Of a DNA stretch of 43,436 nt, positions 1 to 9,900 are shown piece after piece. This DNA comes from Barthelona sp. PAP020. Its lineage: Eukaryota. The notes under the pieces are model-generated. The model saw only the letters and a list, made by a program, of their open reading frames with translations, made no database searches and was not told the DNA's origin. Where the stretch lies: the NCBI GenBank assembly GCA_040182905.1, contig JARQWU010000061.1, positions 1 through 43,436 on the forward strand, given 5' to 3'. A program made the translations under genes and the position numbers. Each line of letters begins with the position of its first letter. Positions within the stretch are counted from its first letter, which is position 1.

Positions 1-1074
1 AATGTTTATAAAGATCTTTATTGTTCTCGGTTAGAGTTTGGGGGTACTTGCAACTGAGTCGTTTTGCGTGGATGGTTCAGAACACTCTTAAAAAAAAAAA
101 AAGAGAAATCTTTCCCATTTAGATGGGGCGGGTATTTAAAGAAAAGTGTAATACTTTCCTTTAGCCCCTTGATTCACTTTAATGTCTCCACTTATGTTCT
201 CTTTGTAGGACTTTGACATTCCATATTGACTTGATTCATTTGCTTATATCTTTAATCTTTGAATTCTTACGATTACGTTTAGTATTACTTGAGCTTTTCA
301 ATTTTGATACCCATTAATATCAAAAATTGCAAGAAGAAACCTTAAACGCATTTATATTGTCTTTCACGTGAAATCCGTCCGCTTTGCTACGAACACTTTT
401 GCAAAAACCTTTCTTTGTTCAATAGTGGGATTGAAATACTTGTCATTGGTCTGTTTTGTGTTGATTAATTCACAACTTTTTTCAAAGAATAAATGATTTA
501 CGAAACCAAAGCAAAATCCAAGTAAACAAATTCATTAAATGGAATTTTTTTTGGTTGCACTTGTTTTTAAACCTATAATAGATTTGTTGGTTTCTTTTAA
601 CTTTGTCACCACTAATTTTCCAATCATTCCAATTTTCTTTATGAAATTTCTCCACCTTTGTTGTTATTAAAGTGTCAAGTTTCAAGAATAAACCATTAAA
701 AATGTTAATACTGGTAAAATTAACTTGTTTGTTTTGTATCCCTTCTTTCAAAAATGAATGGGAAGAAAGAAAATTGTTAAACGTACCGACTAAAGTGATA
801 CATTAATTTTATAAAAGCCGTTAACAAAAATTATCTTTTGAATAATGGATTTGTTTCATGAAATAATTAAGTTTAAAAAATTGATTCATTTTCTACTGTA
901 ATAGGGAGCCTTTATTTTTGTTTAACATGTTGTCTCATTCTTTTTTTCTTTTTGAATACCACCAATTTTGAAAAGGAAGAGAAAAAAATGTTTGAACATC
1001 TGTTTATTTAGGTTCAAAACGAAAATATAAAGTTAAAAAAAGATTTATAGAGGTTTAAAAATGGGACAAAGTAT

Positions 1075-4000
1075 TCACTTTTCCAAAGGACATCCTTGTT
1101 GAGCAAACATTAAACAACCAGTGTGAAAACAATGACCACAATCAAATACTGTCAATTCACTTGGTTTATTCTCATTTTCACTGAAAAGATTTTCTCGACA
1201 GATCATGCATTTTTGAAATTTGGGGATTTTGATTCCAAAATGATTTCGAACTTCTTCCATATGCGACATTTTAAATTTATCTGTCAACAAAAAGGAAGGA
1301 ATAGATAAACTGCCTTTAGTCAATGAATGCAACGATTCACATGACTCGTTTACACTTTCATTCAAGTTTTCGTAGAGTCTTATGGCGTTAAAAATGTAAT
1401 CAAGGTCTTTTGTAGTCAACTTACCCTCAAATGAACCATCAATCATATAATCAAGAATTTTTTCTATTTCTGCGTGAAACAAAATGGTTTGAAGATACTT
1501 TTGACAATTTTTTTTCAAAAGATAAAAAAAAAACCCATACTTATCATAACACTCATATTCAAACACTGTATTCAATGTTTCCAAAGTCAAATGCTCATTT
1601 TGATAAACCTTATCAAACTCTTCTCTTTTTAAGTGAAATAAAATGATTGGAATATACAGCTTACGTGTTTTTAAAATTTTCAAACTTTCCAGATCTATCT
1701 CACAATTGAAGGGTTTCTCATTCACAATGTTATCAATTTCTCTCAATAATGCTAAAATATTCTGTAATCTGCTGTCATTATCCAAAACAGCTCTTTCCAT
1801 CATGTACAATAAACAATTAAATTGATTGTTCTCCAATTTCAAAAAATGTGTCAAGGTCAATTCCTCTAGTGGAACAAAAATGTTGAAATATTCAGAACGT
1901 TTGTAGTTGATACAGTACAATGAAAGGGCAACAGGGATTGACATAATAGCCGTTTGAGGGTTTAACAAGATATTAATCAACTTCTGAGGCTTATCCCATT
2001 TTTCAATTTTATAACGTTGTAATAATGGTAAGACCTCATTCAACACTTTTATTTCTGTGGAATTAACCAAAGGCAATTGTATCACTGTGGCAACCAATTC
2101 GTCCATGTCCAAAAGAGGTGTCACTTTCCATATTGATTCTGGGGAAAAAAGACAATGACAGATGAGCAATTTTTGAGTTGATTCATCAACAACAATTGAA
2201 TCTTCATCCCTAATATTCTTTAATAACTCCAAACACTTGGACACAAGTTCAAACAAAGTAGTAGGATTAACTTCCACACATTCGTATAATAAGAAAGGTA
2301 AAGATGGTAAAAATAGCTTATTACAGCATATAACACTAACATCAAGTTCTTCAACAACACGATATAAAGATTTGGCAAGATCATTTATTGTTTTAACCAA
2401 AGAATTCAATTCGAATGGCGTCACAGATTTGTGATCTTTATTTAAAATCATTAAAGGGGATATTTCTCTAAAATCCAGCATTGTTGAGTTGAATTCACCC
2501 TCAATATCGGTAATATCAGATTGATTATCTTCTGGCACAGAGATTTCAATATCTGAAAATGATGGAGACATTAACCTGTCAAAAATAGAAGTTTTGGTGC
2601 GTCCTTGAATGTTTGACGGAGAAGTGCGATGAACAAAAGAAGGTGCTCTAGCTAAACCCTTTGATTTTGAAGATTTCTTTTGACTTTGGTTGGAGTCACC
2701 ATCTTTTGAATACGTTGATTTTGGGTTTGTCTTATTCGCTTTGATTTTTGTCTTAGAACTATTCGGTTGAGTTGTGTTCGCCCGTTTTATTGAAACATCA
2801 ATCATACATGGAGAGCTATTATTGTTATCAAAGATATAAGGGGGAGGGGTCAAAATATCAATTGGTTCAATGTTTCGCATTTCTATTTCAAAAGCATCCA
2901 AATCATAGTCACCCAAAGCCAATTTCATTTCCCAAATTTGTTCAACTTCTGAAAATTGGACCTCAAATTTGTTTATCATGGAATATTTGTCTGAATACAA
3001 TGGATCATCTTTACAAAGATCAAAATATTTTCTAAATACCCTCATGCAATTCTTCAACAATAGATAATCTTCTACATTAAATGCGGTGAGAACAAAACAC
3101 AAGCCAATGATATCCAAATCTTGTAAACAATTTATTTGAGAAGAAGAGCACCTTTCAATGTTTTGCCAATAGAATCTATGGATAAAGTCAGCAGGATTGG
3201 CAATTGAAAATCGAACAACAATTGGCTTTGTGTCAAACTTGGAATTCGCTATACCTAAAACAGAATTTGAAGATTCTGGGATCAATTTCTGTATACTAAA
3301 GTCTTTTAGCATTGTGAAGAATGATATTGTATCCAAATCTTGAACAACCAACGAAACACACTTGGGAGTATAGCTCAAAAGCATATTATCATTAACTCGA
3401 ACTAATCTACCCAATTGTACGGCTTTTGGCATACGATTTTGAAACATGTCATTGAATAGCACATTGTTAATGCTTTCATCCTTGGAAAATAGATTTTGAG
3501 CATTATTTGTAAAAGTGTGCAATTTAACTGTAGTTTCGACAGTTCCATCACTGTTACTTATCCATAAACGATATTTGTTTCTTGAAACAGCGATAGAAAT
3601 ATCAGTCAATACCAAAGGACTGACATTATCTTTTTTTTTATATAAAATGGTGTGTCCTGCAGGTATTTTATTTTCTTTCGAACCAATAATACTCAAATGT
3701 TGAATATTATCAATAAAATACAAGCAAAAAGTCCTATCTACACTCGAAAACACCAAAAATAAATTGTTATCAACTTCAGAAACATCAAGAACAGTTAATT
3801 GTATTATTGGCTTGTCCTTATTATGTTGATAAAATTGTCTTAAGGCTATATTTTGTAAGTTCATATTTATTAATAGATGATAAAAAGTCCCATCAACACA
3901 ACAACACACAATAGATGTTTGAGAAGTCTCAATATGATAACATAATGAAGATACCGAAAAAATATCAACCAATAATGGTGAACCCATATTCAACACATTT

Positions 4001-4284
4001 AACAAAATTATGGAAGTTTGAGTTTTATTTACAGACGATAGAATTAAAAAATTCCCATTTTTGGAAAATTGAATTTGCGTGATAAAATGAAATGAAGGAT
4101 GATTAAAAATATTAATGAGTTTCATCGTATTTACCTCAAAAAAATATAATGATCCAGTGTTAGCACTAAAACAACCAACTGTTCTTTCTTCATTGATGGC
4201 AACATCCGAAAAAAATATTCGAGAATTGTTTTCGCTTTGATAAATTTGAAATAAATCTTCAATTATTTCATAATACAATAACAT
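1075..4284 (-). CDS. HPS5/TECPR2-like (BLOC-2/Vps41-related) protein: N-terminal beta-propeller, low-complexity linker, helical region, C-terminal RING-H2-like finger
   Basis: 1069-aa ORF. Motifs PIIQL...SSVDRT...IGSKENK and SRNKYRLWISNSDGTVETT resemble, from memory, the HPS5/TECPR2 propeller (IVQLD...STxxR...IGxxxR; SRPGxRLWxxxxxGTVxxT). The C-terminal CMIC...VFDCGHCFHTGCL...CPLE resembles the Vps41/Vps8-type RING-H2. The middle is S/K-rich and probably disordered. Confidence 0.65.
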   Translation of the reverse strand: MLLYYEIIEDLFQIYQSENNSRIFFSDVAINEERTVGCFSANTGSLYFFEVNTMKLINIFNHPSFHFITQIQFSKNGNFLILSSVNKTQTSIILLNVLNMGSPLLVDIFSVSSLCYHIETSQTSIVCCCVDGTFYHLLINMNLQNIALRQFYQHNKDKPIIQLTVLDVSEVDNNLFLVFSSVDRTFCLYFIDNIQHLSIIGSKENKIPAGHTILYKKKDNVSPLVLTDISIAVSRNKYRLWISNSDGTVETTVKLHTFTNNAQNLFSKDESINNVLFNDMFQNRMPKAVQLGRLVRVNDNMLLSYTPKCVSLVVQDLDTISFFTMLKDFSIQKLIPESSNSVLGIANSKFDTKPIVVRFSIANPADFIHRFYWQNIERCSSSQINCLQDLDIIGLCFVLTAFNVEDYLLLKNCMRVFRKYFDLCKDDPLYSDKYSMINKFEVQFSEVEQIWEMKLALGDYDLDAFEIEMRNIEPIDILTPPPYIFDNNNSSPCMIDVSIKRANTTQPNSSKTKIKANKTNPKSTYSKDGDSNQSQKKSSKSKGLARAPSFVHRTSPSNIQGRTKTSIFDRLMSPSFSDIEISVPEDNQSDITDIEGEFNSTMLDFREISPLMILNKDHKSVTPFELNSLVKTINDLAKSLYRVVEELDVSVICCNKLFLPSLPFLLYECVEVNPTTLFELVSKCLELLKNIRDEDSIVVDESTQKLLICHCLFSPESIWKVTPLLDMDELVATVIQLPLVNSTEIKVLNEVLPLLQRYKIEKWDKPQKLINILLNPQTAIMSIPVALSLYCINYKRSEYFNIFVPLEELTLTHFLKLENNQFNCLLYMMERAVLDNDSRLQNILALLREIDNIVNEKPFNCEIDLESLKILKTRKLYIPIILFHLKREEFDKVYQNEHLTLETLNTVFEYECYDKYGFFFYLLKKNCQKYLQTILFHAEIEKILDYMIDGSFEGKLTTKDLDYIFNAIRLYENLNESVNESCESLHSLTKGSLSIPSFLLTDKFKMSHMEEVRNHFGIKIPKFQKCMICRENLFSENENKPSELTVFDCGHCFHTGCLMFAQQGCPLEK

Positions 4285-4501
4285 TTTTCATAAAAATAAA
4301 ATTAAGGGTGTATCAATAAACAAAAATATCAGATGGAGACTTTCTATTTGTTTCCTTTTTTATTCCAGCTTAATCATTTTTCCTTGGTCTTTTAAGTCAT
4401 TTAGTCTGCAGTTTAATATAATATTATTTGAAATAATAAAAAAAAATCTTTTATTGTGAAATAGTGAAATAATTACACATTATTGCTATTTATTGTCATT
4501 G

Positions 4502-5758
4502 TTATTCTGTTTTGGGAGTCAAAGCAGCAATACCAGGTAAATCAATACCAGAAAGAAGTTCTAAAGAGGCACCACCACCAGTAGAAACATGAGTAACTTC
4601 ATCAGCAACACCCCAAATATTGGCACATGAAGCAGTATCACCACCACCAATAATAGAAATAGTTCCTTGTTTTGTAGCTTCAATCATAGCATCAAGCATT
4701 CCTCTAGTTCCAACAGAGAAGTTTTCAAATTCAAAAACACCAGCGGGACCATTCCAAACAATAGTCTTGGCACCAGCAATAACTTTCTTGAAATTTTCAA
4801 GAGATTGAGGACCACAATCAAGACCTTCCCAACCGTCAGGAATACCTTCAGCAACAGAACGAACAACAATTTCAGTATCATTCTTAAATTCAGCAGCAGT
4901 TAAGAAATCAATGGGAAGATGAATGTTTACTGGATGATCAGGATTTGCAGCCTTTTCCATAATACCTTCAACAAGTTTAGCACCTTCATCATCATAAAGA
5001 GAATTTCCAATAGCCATGTTATCAAGAACTTTTCTGAAAGTGAAAGCCATACCACCACAAATGATAAGATCATCAACAAGAGGAAGTAAGTTGTCAATAA
5101 CACCAATCTTACTTGAAACCTTAGCACCACCTAAAATGGCAAGATATGGTCTGTGAGGAGCATGAAGAGCAATGTGGAAAGAATCAATTTCCTTTTGTAA
5201 AAGATAACCAGATGCACGAACATCAAAACCATCACCTACCATGGATGAATGAGCACGATGTGCAGTACCAAAAGCATCATTAACATAAACATCAGCAAGT
5301 CTGGCCAATCCAGCACGGAAAGCAGCTACAGCTTCCTTATCAGCCTTAATTTTATTTCCATCAGCTCCTTTAGCTTTTCCTTCCTCTTCAATATGGAAAC
5401 GAAGATTTTCTAAAAGGAAAACACCTTCACCAGAAACAGCAGCTTCAACTTCAGGGCCAACACAACCAGGAACAAAAGTAACTGATTGTCCAAGATGTTT
5501 GGCAACTTCTTCAGCGACAACATCCATGGAAAATTCAGGTTTGACTTGTCCATTGGGACGTCCCAAATGAGACATTAAAATAACGGTTTTAGCACCCTTT
5601 TCAAGAAGTTTGTTGAGAGTGGGAAGTGATTTGACGATACGTGCAGGATCAGAGATGGTTCTGGTTCCTTTGACAAAAGGAACATTGTAATCTACACGGA
5701 CAAGAACTCTCTTTCCGTCAACATCAATGTCATCAATAGTGATTCTGGGGATATCCAT
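4502..5758 (-). CDS. PGK: Phosphoglycerate kinase
   Basis: 418 aa with diagnostic motifs RVLVRVDYNVP, LMSHLGRPNG, LLENLRFHIEEEG, YVNDAFGTAHRAHSS, ILGGAKVSSKI, IVWNGPAGVFE, GGGDTA and HVSTGGGASLELL. Confidence 0.98.
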   Translation of the reverse strand: MDIPRITIDDIDVDGKRVLVRVDYNVPFVKGTRTISDPARIVKSLPTLNKLLEKGAKTVILMSHLGRPNGQVKPEFSMDVVAEEVAKHLGQSVTFVPGCVGPEVEAAVSGEGVFLLENLRFHIEEEGKAKGADGNKIKADKEAVAAFRAGLARLADVYVNDAFGTAHRAHSSMVGDGFDVRASGYLLQKEIDSFHIALHAPHRPYLAILGGAKVSSKIGVIDNLLPLVDDLIICGGMAFTFRKVLDNMAIGNSLYDDEGAKLVEGIMEKAANPDHPVNIHLPIDFLTAAEFKNDTEIVVRSVAEGIPDGWEGLDCGPQSLENFKKVIAGAKTIVWNGPAGVFEFENFSVGTRGMLDAMIEATKQGTISIIGGGDTASCANIWGVADEVTHVSTGGGASLELLSGIDLPGIAALTPKTE

Positions 5759-5882
5759 TTCAATATAAACTAAGGTTTTAAAAAATTAATCTTTAGTTGT
5801 ATCTCAAACAATCTCAACTTTTTGTATTCTATTTGTAATATTACTTTTTCAATTGAACTTTATGAATAAGTGAAACAAATTG
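5759..5882. promoter_or_regulatory. Putative bidirectional promoter region between PGK and the E2F/DP-like gene
   Basis: Only 124 bp of AT-rich sequence separates two divergent ATGs (5758 on -, 5883 on +). Function is inferred from gene geometry. Confidence 0.5.
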
Positions 5883-6440
5883 ATGATTTCCGATAATTGT
5901 TCTTTTGATTCTTGCACGACTTCTTCAAATTTCCCAGCAAAGTTGGAACCATCTTTTAGTTCTTCTGCTTCTTCAGATGGTCATGAAGATAGTGATGACA
6001 GAAGGTCTCGTCATCCCAGGGGAGAATCTTGTTGTGAGTTGACGAAGCGAATAGTTCAACATTTTCAAATGCATGGTGTAATGCATTTTAATGATATTTG
6101 TGATTTATTAGAACTTGAATCAAGAAGAGTATATGATGTTTTGAATGTTTTAGTTACCACTCCATTATTGAAAAAATTGGGACAAAAAAGGGAAAAATTG
6201 CCTTATGTTTTTGGGAATGGAGTTTCTTTGCCTGAACCCATTGATTTGGAAACATGGGAAACAGAATTAGAAACTTTACAGGATGAAACTGAGACATTAA
6301 ATACATTGTTAGAGGAAATGAATAGCTTTTGTGAAAAAGAAACCACATGTAAGGAAGAAATTTATAATTTTTTACGAAAACTTAGCACACAATATCCCGA
6401 TATTTTTAATTTTCAACTTAAGTTATTAAAAGAGGGTTAG
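5883..6440 (+). CDS. E2F/DP-family winged-helix transcription factor (short form)
   Basis: First ATG at 5883 (the ORF track starts at TTG 5880); 185 aa. ELTKRIVQHF...FNDICDLLELESRRVYDVLNVL matches the E2F/DP RRxYDxxNVL signature and is followed by an acidic heptad stretch. Confidence 0.85.
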   Translation: MISDNCSFDSCTTSSNFPAKLEPSFSSSASSDGHEDSDDRRSRHPRGESCCELTKRIVQHFQMHGVMHFNDICDLLELESRRVYDVLNVLVTTPLLKKLGQKREKLPYVFGNGVSLPEPIDLETWETELETLQDETETLNTLLEEMNSFCEKETTCKEEIYNFLRKLSTQYPDIFNFQLKLLKEG

Positions 6441-6932
6441 TTCATAAATTTAGTCGTTTTTTATTTTATGAGATGACAATGGTTAATTTTTTTGGATTTT
6501 TAAAATAATTATTGGGTTGATTGCTTTTTCAACAGAAAAGAATCATTTTCCTCAATTCTAAATTTTAAATCTTTTTTTTTTAATTGTTGAAGAAGATACA
6601 ATTTATTATTTATTTTGTGAAACCAGAAGAAACATTCTAAAAGAAGAGAATTTTTGTTTTTTTCTACCCAAACAACATTTTCAATTTATCTCTAAATTCA
6701 GTCATAAACTCAAATATACGTATTTAATGAGCATTATTTTTTTGTTTTCAGAGTTTTCTATTTTTTTCATCTCTTCAACTGTGAATATTTTTTTTCACAA
6801 AAAATTTGCTCTTTTGTTATTCAACATGTTGTAAACACTTCTTTTGTGCACATTGTTCAATTATAGGCAAAATTTGTTGTGATTTGGGAATTTTGATTTT
6901 TCAAGATTTTCCATTTTTTTTTTCCTGATTGA

Positions 6933-9900
6933 ATGAAGTTGCTTAAGGCTTTCTTGTTATTGATTTTTATCATTCAAGCCTTGGGGAACAAATTTATTTG
7001 TGAAAAAGGAGATTTTTTTGATACCCAATGTTGGGACAACAATCAAGTTCCGAATGAATATAGTTTTGTTACTATTCCTGGTGGAAGTGAAGTTTATGTG
7101 TCAAAATCAATATATATTTTGGGCATTTCTGTTGGTGATAGTGATTGTGAAGCCATATTAAATTTTGAGTATGGTTCATATTTGAATACAGAAATATTTA
7201 ATTGGTATAATGGTAATATTACTGGTTATGCAAATGTTTTGGTTAATAATGTTTTAACAATTGAAAGTGATGGATTACATTATTTAGATGCTGCCAATCG
7301 AATTTTGGTTTTGGATGGTGTTGCTGTTATTAATAATACTGTTATCACTTTTGCCCAAGATGCAAATATTAAGACTGGAATGGACGTTATTGTAAATATT
7401 GATGGAAATGTTCATTTTGATGCTATTAATCCTAGAACTGACCGTAACATTACTGCAGAAGATGACGAATATTTGTTTTATGGTGAAACACGTATTTATG
7501 GTTCTCTTTTTGTATTAAAGAATGCAAATTTGATCACGAATGTGAATTTTATACATATGGGAGAAGTTGTTGGTTTAATTGGTAATCTTACTATTGAAGG
7601 ATATGCAATGTTTTATGGAGATGTTGCCATTGCAGCAGATTGTTTTTTGATTTCTTCTGGTTTGGCTTCCACGATTGATTTAAAGAGTATGTCCCGTATA
7701 TATGGAGAAGGATCCATTTTATCACAAAATGATGGTTTTTTTGCAATCAGTTCGATGGCTGTTAAATTGACTGGACCTATGATTGCTGTAGGTTCTGAAA
7801 TATTTTTCACTGGAATGGCAGTTATTGAACATTTATACGTTCATAATATCACTAATTCTTTGGTAACCTTTAGTGGCTGTAGGTTTGAGAATTTTGAGTT
7901 TATTTTTAATGTATATTCTGGATCAATGATTGGTATTGATGTTTCTCTTCGTAATGATGATGATGCTTATTATTTTATGAAAGGAACTGTATATGGGGGA
8001 CTTGTTGACATTGGAAACTGTTCTTTACCAATATATTTCAATATATTGACACTATATGGAGGAAAGACATTGTTAGATACTGGATATCCTATTACCTTGG
8101 ATCTTTTCTATCTTCATTATCCTGCTATTTACCATTCATACACGATTTCGGAAGTTATCAATGTTTTTGACTGGTTTGGTGGTGCATTTATTTCTAATTC
8201 CACTCTTTTACCTGATTCAAATTTCACAATTTACAATGAAGGAGAGCATTATTTTGGAGAATGGTGTGAAATGTATATTTACGAAAATATTTATAGTTAC
8301 ATTAATGATGATTGTTCCATTCACTTGGGAGACAGTTCCAAATGGATTTTTGATTTGGAAGTTGAACAAACGAATGATCTAATTTTTTACAATTGTCAAA
8401 ATGCAACTGTTTTATTGAAGAAGAATTATACGTTGAACGGAGCTAAACTTGATTTTGGAGGATATATTGAAGAAGATCAACAATTTATTCAATGTACAAA
8501 AGACTTTGGTTCTTTGAAGATTGATTTCCTTGCTCATTTTGAGATGTTTTCTGGAGAGATAGGTATTTCTGGACTTTTGGATGTAATCGTTGATGTGGAT
8601 GCATCTTTTAAGTCTAATGATGTTACAAATGTAATTCTGACGAATAATACTGGACATGCACGTTTTGAAGGTTATTTTGAGATAGATAACCCCTTGTATG
8701 TTTTAAATCAATCTATTTTTGAAGTTAACAATGGAACTACGTTTATTGGACAAGGATATTTTAATTTTGCTGAACAAGGATATCTTATCTATGGTGGTGA
8801 TTATCGACTTGTACCCAATTGGGAATTTTCTGAAGGTAAGTCATTTTTCACTGAAACTTCTAAAATCATGGTTGAAAATGTCAGTATTGATTTAAAGGCT
8901 CATGAATGTTTGATTGATTTAACGCAATTAAACGATTTAAATTTGACATTGACTGTTGAAAACCACAGTTGTTTTGGTGTTCAAAATGCTTTATTGGTTG
9001 ATGTTGATGTTATTAAATCTGCCGATTCAACTTTACAAAGTTTCTATTCTGAGCATGTTATTTTTGAACATAGACAGGATGCCATTGAACGTGTGAATTT
9101 AAATGTTGTTGAAAGTGATTTGATTGATTGGGTTGTAGATGAAGTCATTGAATCAAAAGTTGATATTATGACATCTTCAGTCCAGATGTATGTTAGTTTT
9201 GTTGATCAAATGAAATTGAATGAAATTGAAGGCTATTTGGTATTTAACGGTACTGATCTTATTGATGGAAATTCGACTTTTGTTTTGAGGAATTCTGAAA
9301 TTGTTTTTGATGGTATCAATGAATATGTTTCAATTGATAACAGCAAAATATTGCTTGAAGGTGATTTAAATACACTGAATGGATGGTTTAAATATGAAGA
9401 TAATGGTAAAACAAACAATACAATGGTTATTCTTTCTAGTAAGACTGTTATTAATCATTTATGGATGAATGGACCTGTTATTAACATTTTAAGAGGTGTT
9501 ACTGTTGAATTCAATTTTCTTTTACAAGGAAATGAGACCTTTAAGATGATTAATGGCAGTAATATGAATGATATTCCTTATACAACTCTTATTTTTGATT
9601 ATTTATCTTTTGATGTGGAATTAAGGGACTTCTTCTTTGATATCAATATGATTGTAGATATCAGAGGAAATTTGAATGTTATTTATGATATTGATCTTCA
9701 TTTAACTCCATTTACCAATTTGATCTTTGAAGAAGGTAGTATTTCTGAAATTGAAGCTTTGTTAAATATTACCAACGATGATTTAGAACGTCATGAATGT
9801 TATAATCCAATTTTTGCTGGACAGATTGATATTTTCAATAAAGGATCTTTAGCACTCAATTGTACTGACAATGTTTTTACAAAGACCTCTTATATCAATT

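Noticed and set aside
1000..1078. Intron at the 3' end of the HPS5-like gene that could restore the last RING cysteine
   Set aside because: The GT lies after the Glu codon, so splicing there would not put Cys at the right position, and there is no ACTAAC branch site downstream.
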